Origin: an uncultured delta proteobacterium
GTDB taxonomy: Bacteria; Myxococcota; Myxococcia; SLRQ01
Direction of reading: 5' to 3'
Length of the DNA: 64,000 nt
Assembly (NCBI GenBank): GCA_963727485.1
Contig: CAVSGM010000002.1
Span: forward strand, 608,001 to 672,000
Position numbers and translations under genes: made by a program. Positions 53,541 through 64,000 of the stretch are shown here, one piece after another; the first letter of the stretch is position 1, and each line of letters opens with the position of its first letter. The notes under the pieces were generated by a model, which saw only the letters and a list, made by a program, of their open reading frames with translations, was not told the origin of the DNA and searched no databases.

Positions 53541-55427
53541 ATGCCGGGACGCCGTCTGCTCGCTGCGTCTGTGGGGGCCGTGGTGCTGGCGGTCGCCCAC
53601 CTCGCGGTCGCCCGCCAGCCGTGCTCACCGAAGTGGCGGGACGCCAAGGGGCGCTGCCTCACCCGCCACAGCCGGGGCACCCTGACGGTGGGCTCCAACC
53701 TCCCGGGAGCGCGCGTCCAGGTCGCCGGGCACCAACGCGGGCGGACCCCGGTCACCCTGCGGCTCCGGCCGGGGGTGTATCTCGTCACCGTAAGCGCCAA
53801 GGATCGAACGGCCGAGCGGCGCCTGGTGACCGTCATGCCCGGCAGCCGGCAGACCGTGACCATCCCGGTCTGCAGCGACGGCCGCCACGCCGTGGGACCG
53901 GCCTGCTGCTACGCGGGACAGGGATGGAACGGGCGCGTGTGCACCGGCACCCCGGCCTACTGCCCGGGCGGCTGGGTGCGCGAGCAGGGTACCTGCCGGC
54001 TGCCCGCCTGCACCAACGGGCGGAAGCGGATGGCGGACGGGGCCCACTGCTGCTGGCCCGGCCAGCGATGGAGCGCGGACCTCCTCAGCTGCGTCGGCCG
54101 GCCCCGGTGCCCCAAGGGTTGGGTGGCTCACACCCTCGGCTGCGTCCCGGGCCCCACCCTCACCGACGCCGACCATGACGGGGTGTCCGACGCCGATGAT
54201 GCCTGCCCCCACGATCCCGAGGACCACGACGGCTACCGCGACGAGGACGGGTGCCCCGACCCCGACAACGACGGCGACGGGATCCCCGACGTGCGGGATC
54301 GCTGCCCGAACCGCGCCGAGGACCCGGACGGCTTCCAGGACCAGGATGGCTGCCCCAATCCCGACAACGACGGGGACGGGATCCCCGACATCGATGACAA
54401 GTGCCCCAACCGCCCCGAGGACCACGACGGCTTCCAGGACCAGGATGGCTGCCCCGACCCCGACAACGACGGCGACGGGATCCCCGACATCAAGGACCAG
54501 TGCCCCAACCAGCCCGAGACCGACAACGGATTCCAGGACGCCGATGGCTGCCGGGACACGATCCCCGCCATCTCCGAGTGGCGGGGCAGCGTGGTGCCCC
54601 ACGCCTACCCGCGAGAGGTGGGCGTGCAGATCGGGGGCGACGGCAAGCACACGCCGCCGGTCGCCCTGGTCCACGGCATCCGGGTCCAGTGGGTCTACGG
54701 CTTGGAGGTCATCGGCGAGGTGGCCACCAACTGGAGCCCCTGGTGGCAGGTGTCGCCGGCGGTGTGGATCGGCGCGGCCCCCTACGCCCGCGGCGTCTGG
54801 CTCGGTCGCTACGGCGATCTCGGCCTCGTCTACCTCCAGCCCACCGTGCACGTGGGCCTGCGGGGCGTCGCGGGCCTGAAGCCCGTCGTCGCCGTGGGGA
54901 ACCGCTTAGAGCTTCGGATCCACGGCGACACACTCCGCTTCGACCTCTCGGTGCCCCTCTACGGGTGGGACGGCGGAGGCCCCTCGGTGGCCCTGGAGGC
55001 CAATCTGCCCTCGGCGCTACCGACCAAGCAGCTGGGCGGGTTCGCGCTCTTCTCCGCCGTGGAGGTGTCCGGGATCGGCAACGCCGGGACGCCGGTCCTG
55101 GGCACCGAGGTCCTCGCCGACTACCAGGGGTTCGAGGGGGGCCTCGAGGTCGCCTTCTCCGACGCGACGGGCTTCGGTGTCGTCGCCGGCGTCCAACCGG
55201 TGCGGTGGGGGCCCACCCGCTCGGTCACCCTCCTGGCGCCCTTCCTCGACGTGCGCGCCATCGTCGGCCAGGGCTTCGGGGCCGTCGTCGGGAACCGGAG
55301 CGCCTTCGCGGTCGGGCCCGGCATGGACCTGGGCATCGAGCTCACCTACGTGGTGGGCCCGCGCTACCAGACCACCGGTCCGCGCGTCGGCCTCTTCCTG
55401 GGCTACGGGTATGGAGGTGAGCCATGA
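53541..55427 (+). CDS. Secreted PEGA-domain protein with Cys-rich repeats, thrombospondin type 3 repeats and a C-terminal beta-rich region
   Basis: PEGA GTLTVGSNLPGARVQV..GRTP..PGVYLV; CCxxGQxW repeats; four DNDGDGIPD..CP repeats. Confidence 0.78.
   Translation: MPGRRLLAASVGAVVLAVAHLAVARQPCSPKWRDAKGRCLTRHSRGTLTVGSNLPGARVQVAGHQRGRTPVTLRLRPGVYLVTVSAKDRTAERRLVTVMPGSRQTVTIPVCSDGRHAVGPACCYAGQGWNGRVCTGTPAYCPGGWVREQGTCRLPACTNGRKRMADGAHCCWPGQRWSADLLSCVGRPRCPKGWVAHTLGCVPGPTLTDADHDGVSDADDACPHDPEDHDGYRDEDGCPDPDNDGDGIPDVRDRCPNRAEDPDGFQDQDGCPNPDNDGDGIPDIDDKCPNRPEDHDGFQDQDGCPDPDNDGDGIPDIKDQCPNQPETDNGFQDADGCRDTIPAISEWRGSVVPHAYPREVGVQIGGDGKHTPPVALVHGIRVQWVYGLEVIGEVATNWSPWWQVSPAVWIGAAPYARGVWLGRYGDLGLVYLQPTVHVGLRGVAGLKPVVAVGNRLELRIHGDTLRFDLSVPLYGWDGGGPSVALEANLPSALPTKQLGGFALFSAVEVSGIGNAGTPVLGTEVLADYQGFEGGLEVAFSDATGFGVVAGVQPVRWGPTRSVTLLAPFLDVRAIVGQGFGAVVGNRSAFAVGPGMDLGIELTYVVGPRYQTTGPRVGLFLGYGYGGEP
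54165..54556 (+). repeat. Four ~99-bp coding repeats (TSP3 calcium-binding repeats)
   Basis: 33-aa unit DxDGDGIPDxxDxCPNxPEDxDGFQDxDGCP. Confidence 0.85.
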
Positions 55428-56514
55428 GACGGATTGCCGTGGCGGCCCTGGTCCTGGGCCTCGTCTGGCCGGTGGCCGCCGGGGCCGCCGACTCGGACAT
55501 CGAGGCGTGGGCGAGTACCTGCCGGGAGAGCTGTGGGATCCCCTACCCGTACGGGGCGCCCGCCACCACCCGGGCCACGCCCAAGGAGAAGGCGTACATG
55601 GCCTGCGTCAAACGCTGCGCGGACAAGGCGGCGGCCGCCCAGTTCAAGCGGAAGGCCGCCAAGGCCGCGGAGCTTCGGGCGGAGCGGATGCGGAAGGTGG
55701 CCGCCCTGAACGCCCAGCTCGACGCCATGGTCCAGGAGATCGCCGACTACCGGCGGCAGGTCGCCATCGCGCGACACTGGGCCCGGAACGAGAAGCGGTT
55801 TCGCAAGAAGGCGTGCCCCCGGTTCAAGAACCCTAGCGCTGCCGGCGCGAGTGCGACGCCGGGAACCCGTGGAGCTGCGTGCACCTCGCGGAGGACAACG
55901 GCGCCGGTCTCTACCAGAAGGCCAGCCTCGCCTTCCAGATGGGGCTGAACCGGCGCGCCTGCAGCCTCCACCTCGGGGCTGGATGCCTCGACGCCGTCCT
56001 GGACCAGTGGAACCTCCGGGGGTACCGGAGCGTGGATCGCCAAATGGCGGGGCGCGGGCTGGCGCTCGCGACCGCCGACTGCACTCGGGGCGTCGCCGCG
56101 TCCTGCCTGGCCGTCGCAGAGTGGAAGATCATGGTCTACAACGAGAAACGGGCCGGAGCTCAGCTCGCCGACGATGCCGCCGGCCTCCGTGGCGTGAGGA
56201 GGCACCCTGAGCTCGGTCTCGAGCAGGCGCTCCAGTTCGACTATCGGGCCTGCCGTCTTGGCTCCTGGGCCGGGTGCGTGGTGATCCTGAACACCCACGC
56301 GGGCTGGACCGACTACCCGTCCGGCGCCTTCGACCTGGGGTACGTACGGGCCCGCTACCGGGCGTTGGCGGGCCCGGCCTGCCGGAGCGGGGACTTCAGC
56401 GCCTGCCACTCGATCCCGAACGCGGCACGTGTCTACAAGATCCCCTTCTCCCAGAGCGACATCGCCTACGCCCGACATTTCCTCTGCGCCCGCACCGGCA
56501 GGTACTGCAACTAG
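55424..56514 (+). CDS. Secreted Cys-rich protein with Sel1/Hcp-like repeats (frameshift near 55838)
   Basis: Signal peptide, coiled coil, then ECDAGNPWSC, ACSL..AGC, DCTRGVAASC, ACRLGSWAGC, ACRSGDFSAC; two ORFs join if one C is added. Confidence 0.6.
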
Positions 56515-59500
56515 CCCGCCCCGGGCTTCACCGCCCGCAGCAGCCGCAGCAGCGCCGGCAGCACCACCAGGATCAGCGGCACCTGCACCGCCATCCCGCT
56601 GACGATGGCGACCGCGAGCGGCTGCTGCATCGCCGATCCCTGGCCGATGCCCAGCGCCAGGGGCGAGAGCGCCAGGATCGCCGCCAGGGCGGTCATCATG
56701 ATCTGGCGCATCCGGTGCTTCCCCGCGACCACGAGCGCGGTGTCGAGGTCGTCGACGCCCTTGGTGGTCAGCAGCTCGTGGACGTAGAAGATCGCCACCT
56801 CGGTGCCGATGCCCACGATCATGGTCATGCCCATCATCGACGAGACGTTGAGCTCGATGCCGGTGACCCAGAGCCCGACGAAGACCGCCGAGAGGGCCAG
56901 CAAGGTGGTGATCATCACCGCGATGGCGACGCGGAAGCGCTCGAAGAGGAAGACCAGGAGGGTGAACACCAGCGCCACCGCCGCGCCGAACACGGCCATC
57001 AGGCCTTTGAAGGCGATCTGCTGCTGGTGGTAGAGCCCGCCGAGGGTCACGTAGACGCTGGAGGGCACCAGGCCCTTTCGCCCGAGCACCTGCTTCACGT
57101 CCCGGATCACCGAGCCCATGTCGCGTCCGGAGATCCGACCGGTGACCGCGATCATCCGCTTGAGGTGGTCGCGGGTGATCTGGGGCTGGCCGGTGATCGG
57201 GACGACCGTGGCGATGCGGCCGAGGGGGAACCGGTGCCCGTCCGGCGCCCTTAGCGGCAGCGCCTCGACCTGGCCCACCGTCCGGCGCCGCGACCGCGGG
57301 ATCCACAAGCGCACGCCGACCATCCGCGGCCCGTCGCGCACCTGGGTCGCGACCTGGCCGTCGAGCTGCATCGCCACCAGGCGGGTCACCTCGGCCGGGT
57401 CCACCCCCTCGGCGGCGGCCTTCGCCCGGTCGACGTCCACGTTCAGGCCGTCGCCGGCGAGGATGATCCCGTCCTGGACGTCGACCACCCCGGGGATCCT
57501 GCCGAGGGCGTCGGCGAGCTTGGGCCCCAGCCGCCGCAGCGTCGCCCCGTCGTCGGAGAAGCACTTCACCTCGATGGGCTGGGGCACCGCCGTCAGGTCC
57601 CCGATGAGGTCCTCCATGAGCTGGGCCTCCTCGATGTCGAGGCCCGGGACCTCCTTCTCCACCCGCACCCGCACCGCATCCATCACCTTCTCGATGGGTG
57701 GCCGGGGGAAGCCCTTGAGCCGGATGAAGAAGTCGCCCTCGTTGGCCTCGGTGACGCCGCCGCCGAGCTGGAGGCCCGTGCGCCGGGAGTAGGTCTGAAC
57801 CCAGGGGTTCGAGGAGATGATGTGGCCCACCTGCCGGAGCAGGCGGTCCGTCTCCGCGAGCGAGGTCCCGGGCGGCGCGCGGTAGTCGAGGATGAAGCCC
57901 CCCTCGTCCATGTGGGGCAGAAACCCCGAGCCGGTGAACTTGAAGGCGCCGTAGCCCAGCGCCACCAGGCCCGCGACCACGAAGAGGATCATCCCCGGGC
58001 GCCGGAGCAGCGGGCCCATCAGGGCCTCGTAGGCCCCGAGCACCCGGGCCATCACCGGGCCCTCCTCCTCGGTCTCGGCGTCGGCCTCGGTGACCAGCCA
58101 CTCGGTCACCAGCGGCACCACCACCCAGGCGACGAAGAAGGAGATCACCAGGCTCGCCGCCATGGTCAGGGACAGCGCCTTGAAGAAGGCGCCGGTGACC
58201 CCGGAGAGGAACGCCAGGGGTGCGAAGATGATGACCGTGGACATCGAGGAGCCGGCGAGCGGCCGGGTGAACTCGGAGGCGGCCTGGATCACCCGATCGT
58301 GCCAGTGGCGCTCGTCGGTCTCCCGGAGCCGGCGGATCATGTGCTCCACCATCACGATGGCGTCGTCGATGATGAGCCCCACCGCCGCGGCCATGCCGCC
58401 GAGGGTCATGATGTTGAAGCTCATGTGGAGGAGCTTGAGCAGGAGCACCGTCACCGCCAGCACCGCCGGCACGGTGATCGCCGCGATGAGCATGATCCGG
58501 GCGCTGCGCAGGAAGAGGAGGAGGATGAGCGCCGCCAGCAGCGAGCCCACCAGCACCGCGTCCCGGACGCTCCCGGCGGCGGCGATCACCAGCTTGCTCT
58601 GGTCGTACCAGGTGGCGATGTGCACGTCCGAGGGGATGTGCTTCCGGTAGCCGGCGAGCGCCGCCTTCACCGCGCTGGACATGGACACGGTGTTGGCGCT
58701 GCGCTGCTGGTAGACCTGCACCAGCACCGCCTGGTGGCCGTCGGCGGTGACCCGGGTCCACACCGGCGCCGTCCCCCGGCGCACCGTCGCCACGTCGCGC
58801 ACCCGGACCAGGCCCGAGGGCCCCGCGCGGATCACCGTGCTGCCCACGTCCTTCAGGGTCGTGAGCTGGGTGTTCACCACGGCCAGGTAGAGCTTGTCGT
58901 GGTCCTGGAGGCGGCCCACCGCCTGGATCACGTTCGCCGAGGAGAGCGCCCGGGCGACGTCGTCGAAGGTGAGGTGGTAGGCCCGCAGGCGGTCGGGGGT
59001 CACCTCGACCCGGACCTCGGGATCGCGCCCGCCCTGGACGCCGATCTTGGCCACCCCCTTCACCGACGAGAGCAGGGGCCGCAGCTCGTAGAGGGCGATG
59101 CGCCGGAGGCTGGTGAGGGAGCGGTGGTCCGAGGTGAGGGCGTAGGCGATGGTGGGGTCGACGGTGGGGTCGAGGCGCCGGGCGGTGAAGCGGGTCTCCG
59201 GCGGGAGGTCCGGGAGCACCTCGTTCACCGCCGCCTCCACCTCGAGGAGGGACTCGACCATGTTGCGGCCCCAGTCGAAGCTCACGTCGATGTCGGCGCT
59301 GCCCCGGCTGGTGGTCGAGCGGACGTCCCGCACCCCCGGCACCGCGCGGACCGCCTCCTCCAGGGGCCGGGTCACGTCGATGGTCATCCGATTCCGCCGG
59401 GCGGTCTCCGGCGTCCACCGAGAGCCGCACCCGGGGAAAGTCCACCTGGGGCAGGAGCGCCACCGGGAGCCCCAGGGTCGACACCACCCCGCCGGCCACC

Positions 59501-59562
59501 AGGACCACGAGGAGGAAGAGCAGGCTGCGACGGTGACGCCGCATCCACACCGTCGGGCTCAA
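56511..59562 (-). CDS. RND efflux permease (CusA/CzcA-like clade; frameshift near 59391)
   Basis: LPVALLPQVDFPRV, TRPLEEA, GLIIDDAIVMVE, FLPHMDEG, RMRQIMMT. Confidence 0.88.
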
Positions 59563-60647
59563 CGGCCGGACTCCGCCCGGACCGCCATCCCGTCCTCGAG
59601 CTCGGCGTTCCCCAGGATCACCACCTGCTGGCCCTTGGCGAGCCCAGCGCCCTGGACCACCAGCCGGGTGTCGCTGGCGAGGACCACCTTGACCACGTGG
59701 CGCACCGCGCGGCCCTTCACCACCGTGAACAGCACCGAGTGGCCACCGACAGGCAGCACCGCGGCGTGGGGCACCACCAGCCCCTTGGCCTCCCGGAGCA
59801 CCAGGCGCCCGTGCACCGCCTCACCGGGGACCAGCGCCGCGTCCGGGGGCAGCGAGAGGTGGAGGCTCACCAGCCCGGTGGCCCGGTCCACCGCGCCGTC
59901 CACCGCCTCGAGGCGACCCTGGACCGGGGCGCCGTGGCCGAGGACCGGCCGGAGGGTGACCGTCGTGCCCAACCTGGCCGCCCGCGCCGCGTCGGGCTCG
60001 ACCCCCAGGCGGGCCTCGTGGCCCCCGGACTCGGTGAGGACCACCAGCGCCTGACCGGCGGGCACCAGGGCCCCGGGCCCGGCCGGGATCGCCGTGACGC
60101 TGCCCGCCTCGCGCGCCCGGATCACCCGTTGGGTCGCCGCCTGCTGGTGCTTCAGGTTCGCCAGCCGGGCCTCGGCCGTCCGCCAGCTCGCCTGGGCGGC
60201 GTCCACCGACGCCTGGTCGGCGAGCCCCAGCGCCTGGCGCCGGCTCATCGCGTCGAGCTGCTGCCTGGCCGCCTGGGCGTTGATCTTCGCCTCGTCCACG
60301 GCGAGGCCGGTGGTGGGGCTCGCCTTCACCGAGAGGAGCTTCTGCCCGCGGGTCACCGCCTGGCCCGGCCGCACGTAGATCGTGGAGATCCGGGCGGCGT
60401 AGTCGAGGGCCACGCTCCGGGCGCCGCCGGGGCCGGGCGCCACCTCGCCATAGGCCTCCACCGTCTCCGACACCTGGCCCTCGGTGACCGGCGCGGTGCG
60501 CACGGTGGCGGTGACCTCCGGGGGCGGGGTGCCGTTGCCGCCGGCCGGGGGACCGCCGGTGTCCGAGGTGGTCCGCCCGACGAGAAATCCGCCGGCCCCG
60601 GCGAGGAGGGCGACGGCGACGAGGACGAACAGGCGGCCGCGGGTCAT
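59559..60647 (-). CDS. RND efflux periplasmic adaptor (MFP)
   Basis: N-terminal TM, VRPGQAVTRGQKL, IRAREAGSV, VVPHAAV, GLAKGQQVV. Confidence 0.87.
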   Translation of the reverse strand: MTRGRLFVLVAVALLAGAGGFLVGRTTSDTGGPPAGGNGTPPPEVTATVRTAPVTEGQVSETVEAYGEVAPGPGGARSVALDYAARISTIYVRPGQAVTRGQKLLSVKASPTTGLAVDEAKINAQAARQQLDAMSRRQALGLADQASVDAAQASWRTAEARLANLKHQQAATQRVIRAREAGSVTAIPAGPGALVPAGQALVVLTESGGHEARLGVEPDAARAARLGTTVTLRPVLGHGAPVQGRLEAVDGAVDRATGLVSLHLSLPPDAALVPGEAVHGRLVLREAKGLVVPHAAVLPVGGHSVLFTVVKGRAVRHVVKVVLASDTRLVVQGAGLAKGQQVVILGNAELEDGMAVRAESGR

Positions 60648-62038
60648 GGGGCCTCCGTGCCCAAGGGGCGTCCGAGCGCGAGGGTGAGGGCCACCCGCCG
60701 GGCGGCGACGGCGGCCTGGAGCGAGAGGAGGCGCACCTCTGCCTGCCACACGGCCCGGGCGGCGGCGTGGGCGGAGACGAGGTCCACGTCGCCGGCGGCG
60801 AGGCCCTTGCGGTAGGCCGCGGCGACCTGCTTCAGGGCCGGCAGCCCCGCCTGGTCGGCGGCGAGCTGTCCCTCGAGGGCCCGGAGCTCGGCGACGATCC
60901 GCGCCACCTCTGCCCGGGCCTCGAAGCGCCGGGCCGCGTAGGCGTCCCGGAGCATCTTCCGGGTGGCCCGGGCGACGGCGATGCGCCCGCGGCTGCCATT
61001 GAGGAACGGCAGGCTCAAGGTCACCCCGTAGCCCAGGGTGACGACGTTCGAGGTGTCGGCGGCGCCGGTGAGGCCGATGCCGAGGTCCGGGAACTGGGAC
61101 CACACGGCGAGGCGCACCCGGGCCTCCTGGCTCTCGTACCCCTGGCGCAGGGCGACGAGGTCGAGGCGGTCGTCGAGGTGGGCGAGGAGCGCCGAGGGGC
61201 CCGGCACCGGCGGCCACGCCTTGGGGGTCACGTCGCCCTGGAGCTTCAGCGCGTGGTCCGGGGGCATCCCCAGGAGGGCGTCGAGGGTCTGGCGGGCGTC
61301 CTCGGCCGCGCCCTCGAGCCCGGCGAGGGTCTCCCGGGCGGCGTCGAGATCGCCCTCGGCGGCGGCGACCTCCACCTGGGTGGCGAGGCCCTGGGCCAGG
61401 GCCTGGCGCCGGGCGCCGAGGTCCTTGTCGAGGCTCGCCACCACCTGCCGCATCAGCGCCACCGACCGCCGGGCGAAGCCCAGGCGGTAGACCGAGAGCC
61501 GCGCCTCCTCGGCGACCTGCCACTCCTGCCAGGCGACCTCCAGGTCCACCTGCCGGACCGCGTGCCGCGCCGCCCCGGTCCGCGCGCCCCGGGTGAGGAT
61601 GGCCTTGAGGTCCAGGGAGAGCCCGGCGTTCCACGCGGGCACGGTCCCCTGGTCGTTTCCGCCCACCGGGAAGTCCTGGCCGCCGGAGACCACCGGGTCG
61701 GGCAGGAGCCCGGCCTCGAGGAGCTGGGCCCGGGCGAGGCCGAGGCGGTCGCGCTCGGCCCGGAGCTTCGGGCTCATCACCACCGCCACCACCGCCGCCT
61801 CGTCCGGGGAGAGGCCGTCGGCGAGGTCGACCTTCAGGGGCGCCAGGAGCGGGTGCTTCAGGGCCGCGGCCCGAGCCTCGATCCGCGCGGGGGTCGGGGC
61901 CTCGAGCACCGCCCCGGGATCCAGGGGGCGCTGGTGGTAGGTGGCGCAGCCGCCGAGGGGCGCGAGGACGCCGGCGGCGAGCGCGAGCCCCGTCACTCGC
62001 GCCGCGATCCCCCGGGGTGCCCTGCCCTGCCCGATCAT
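60644..62038 (-). CDS. TolC family outer membrane lipoprotein
   Basis: Lipobox LGGCATY, AGLLPDP, RLDL, QFP, LSLPFLNGSRG. Confidence 0.85.
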   Translation of the reverse strand: MIGQGRAPRGIAARVTGLALAAGVLAPLGGCATYHQRPLDPGAVLEAPTPARIEARAAALKHPLLAPLKVDLADGLSPDEAAVVAVVMSPKLRAERDRLGLARAQLLEAGLLPDPVVSGGQDFPVGGNDQGTVPAWNAGLSLDLKAILTRGARTGAARHAVRQVDLEVAWQEWQVAEEARLSVYRLGFARRSVALMRQVVASLDKDLGARRQALAQGLATQVEVAAAEGDLDAARETLAGLEGAAEDARQTLDALLGMPPDHALKLQGDVTPKAWPPVPGPSALLAHLDDRLDLVALRQGYESQEARVRLAVWSQFPDLGIGLTGAADTSNVVTLGYGVTLSLPFLNGSRGRIAVARATRKMLRDAYAARRFEARAEVARIVAELRALEGQLAADQAGLPALKQVAAAYRKGLAAGDVDLVSAHAAARAVWQAEVRLLSLQAAVAARRVALTLALGRPLGTEAP

Positions 62039-62063
62039 GGTCGTGCAGCCTAGCCCAAGGACG

Positions 62064-62090
62064 TGACCCCGTCCTGACCTGAAGATGACC
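62064..62090. promoter_or_regulatory. OmpR-family (CusR/CopR-like) direct-repeat binding site
   Basis: TGACC at 62064, 62075 and 62086 (exact 11-bp period) between the divergent efflux and TCS genes. Confidence 0.6.
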
Positions 62091-62151
62091 ATCCGGCAAG
62101 GTTCGCCCCGCTCCCCCCGGCCGCGGGATCCCCGGTGCTAGAGTGCCCCCC

Positions 62152-62838
62152 ATGCGACTCCTCGTCGTCGAGGACGACGCCAAGATCGCGTCCTTCGTCC
62201 GGGCCGGGCTCGAGCAGGCGGGCTTCGCGGTGGACGTAGCCGAGGACGGCGAGCGGGGCCTCGCCCTGGCCCTCTCGGCGCCCTACGACTGCGCGGTGGT
62301 CGACGTGATGCTCCCGGGCCTCGACGGCCTCGCCCTCATCCGCGCCCTGCGCGCCCGGGGGGTGCGCACCCCGGTGCTGGTCCTCTCCGCCAAGCGGTCG
62401 GTGGACGACCGGGTCACCGGCCTCAACGCCGGGAGCGACGACTACCTCACCAAGCCCTTCGCCTTCGCCGAGCTCCTCGCCCGGGTCCAGGCCCTGGTCC
62501 GCCGGGCCACCGGCGCCGCCGAGCCCACCACCCTCACCGTCGCCGACCTCACCCTCGACCTCTCCCGGCGCACGGTGACCCGGGGCGGCCGGCGCATCGA
62601 GCTCCAGCCCAAGGAGCTGGCCCTCCTCGAGTTCCTGATGCGCAACGCCGGGCGGGTGGTCTCCAAGGCGATGATCATGGACCACGTGTGGAACTACAAC
62701 TTCGACCCCCGCACCAACGTGGTCGAGGCGCGGATGAGCCGCCTGCGCGACAAGGTGGATTGGGGCTTCGAGGCCCGGCTCATCCGCACCATCCGGGGCG
62801 TGGGCTACGTCATCGAGGCACCCGCCGCCGATGGCTAG
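62152..62838 (+). CDS. OmpR-family response regulator (CusR/CopR-like)
   Basis: LLVVEDD, DVMLPGLDG, DDYLTKPF, VWNYNFDPRTNVVE, IRTIRGVGY. Confidence 0.92.
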   Translation: MRLLVVEDDAKIASFVRAGLEQAGFAVDVAEDGERGLALALSAPYDCAVVDVMLPGLDGLALIRALRARGVRTPVLVLSAKRSVDDRVTGLNAGSDDYLTKPFAFAELLARVQALVRRATGAAEPTTLTVADLTLDLSRRTVTRGGRRIELQPKELALLEFLMRNAGRVVSKAMIMDHVWNYNFDPRTNVVEARMSRLRDKVDWGFEARLIRTIRGVGYVIEAPAADG

Positions 62839-64000
62839 GTCGCTGCGCCCGCGGACCGTCGCCTCCCGCCTGGCGCTGGGCTACGGCGCCCTCATCGCCG
62901 TGGCCCTCTTCGCGCTCTTCCTGGGCTTCTACGGCTTCATCGCCTCGGACCTCGCCGGCCGCACCGACGCCTTCCTCGATGACCGGGCCCGGACCCTCTC
63001 GGCGCTCCTCGCCCGGGGCGGCGACACCCACGTGGGGGCCCTCTTCCTCCGCGAGGCCCGGAGCGAGGGCACCCGCGACGTCCTCTACCGGCTCGTCGGC
63101 GCCGGGGGACAGGTGGTCGTCGCCTCCTCCGACGCCCAGTTCCCGGGCCTCGGGGTCGACGCCCGGGCGGTGCGCCGGGCGCTCTCGGGCGAGCCGGTGC
63201 GCCAGACCCTCGCGCTCCCGGGCCTGCGCTTCGACGTCCGCGTCCTCTACGCCCGGGTGGCGCCGGGCCGGGTGCTCCAGGCGGCGAGGTACCGCGGCGA
63301 CGACCAGGAGCTCCTCGAGGACCTGCGCGAGAGCTTCTCGGTGTCGCTCTTGGTGGTGCTCCTGCTCAGCGGGCTCCTCGGGTGGCTCATGGCCCGCCGG
63401 GCGCTGGCCGGGGTGGAGGCGGTCACGGGCACCGCCCGGGCCATCGCCGCCGAGGGGGCCCTGGACCGCCGGGTGCCGGTGCGGGGCCGGGGCGACGAGA
63501 TCGACCGGCTGGCGGGCACCTTCAACGACATGCTCGATCGCATCCGGCGCATCCTCGCCGAGATGGGCGAGATGACCGACGCCATCGCCCACGACCTCAA
63601 GAGCCCGCTGACCCGGATGCGGGGGCAGGCGGAGCTGGCGCTCACGGGGGCGGACCGCGGCGGCGCCGGTGACGACGGGCCCGGCGACGTCGAGGCCCTC
63701 GCCGCGGGGGTCATCGAGGAGTGCGACCGGCTCCTCGGCCTCATCGACGACATGCTCGATCTCTCCGAGGCCGAGGCGGGGATGGCGCGCCTGCGCCTCG
63801 GGGAGGTGGACCTCGCGGCCATGGCGCGGGAGGCGGTGGAGCTCTTCGGCCCCTCGGCGGAGGAGCGGGGCCTCATCCTGCGGACCGGCGACCTCGCCGC
63901 GGTCACGGTCCCAGGCGACGCCCGGAAGCTCCAGCGGGTGCTCGCGAACCTCCTGGACAACGCCCTCAAGTACACGCCGTCCGGGGGCACGGTGGAGGTG
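62831..64000 (+). CDS. HAMP-domain sensor histidine kinase (3' truncated by window)
   Basis: ATG at 62831 MARSLRPRTVASRLALGY; two TM segments, HAMP GDEIDRLAGTFN, IAHDLKSPLTRM, NLLDNALKYTP. Confidence 0.88.
   Translation, partial: MARSLRPRTVASRLALGYGALIAVALFALFLGFYGFIASDLAGRTDAFLDDRARTLSALLARGGDTHVGALFLREARSEGTRDVLYRLVGAGGQVVVASSDAQFPGLGVDARAVRRALSGEPVRQTLALPGLRFDVRVLYARVAPGRVLQAARYRGDDQELLEDLRESFSVSLLVVLLLSGLLGWLMARRALAGVEAVTGTARAIAAEGALDRRVPVRGRGDEIDRLAGTFNDMLDRIRRILAEMGEMTDAIAHDLKSPLTRMRGQAELALTGADRGGAGDDGPGDVEALAAGVIEECDRLLGLIDDMLDLSEAEAGMARLRLGEVDLAAMAREAVELFGPSAEERGLILRTGDLAAVTVPGDARKLQRVLANLLDNALKYTPSGGTVEV

Overview
Very GC-rich bacterial DNA. It is most likely Myxococcota/deltaproteobacterial, inferred from DGG-rich lipoproteins, Cys-rich 'putative metal-binding' repeats, TSP3 repeats and a T2SSE_N fusion. 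The first ~19 kb holds an anaerobic aromatic-degradation locus: had-oah-dch-bcrC-bcrB-bcrA-bcrD (class I, ATP-dependent benzoyl-CoA reductase plus ring hydrolysis), and an hcrCAB-like 4-hydroxybenzoyl-CoA reductase. The locus also carries unexplained partners: a LeuA-type synthase coupled to a MocA-like transferase, a radical SAM gene behind an FNR-like box, and two duplicated lipoproteins. The rest of the window contains a lower-GC PIN-toxin islet, a molybdopterin oxidoreductase, a TetR unit, an ArsA-like ATPase pair next to glyoxalase I, menB and a T2SSE_N-GAF-adenylate cyclase. It also has a large Cys-rich surface protein, a SWIM-SNF2 helicase, an iodotyrosine-deiodinase homolog next to a disulfide reductase, two RND efflux systems, Cys-rich secreted proteins and a two-component system. 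About 11 genes carry 1-2 nt frameshifts that look like long-read assembly errors. No rRNA, tRNA, CRISPR array or transposase was seen. All calls are by-eye motif recognition; no database searches were run.
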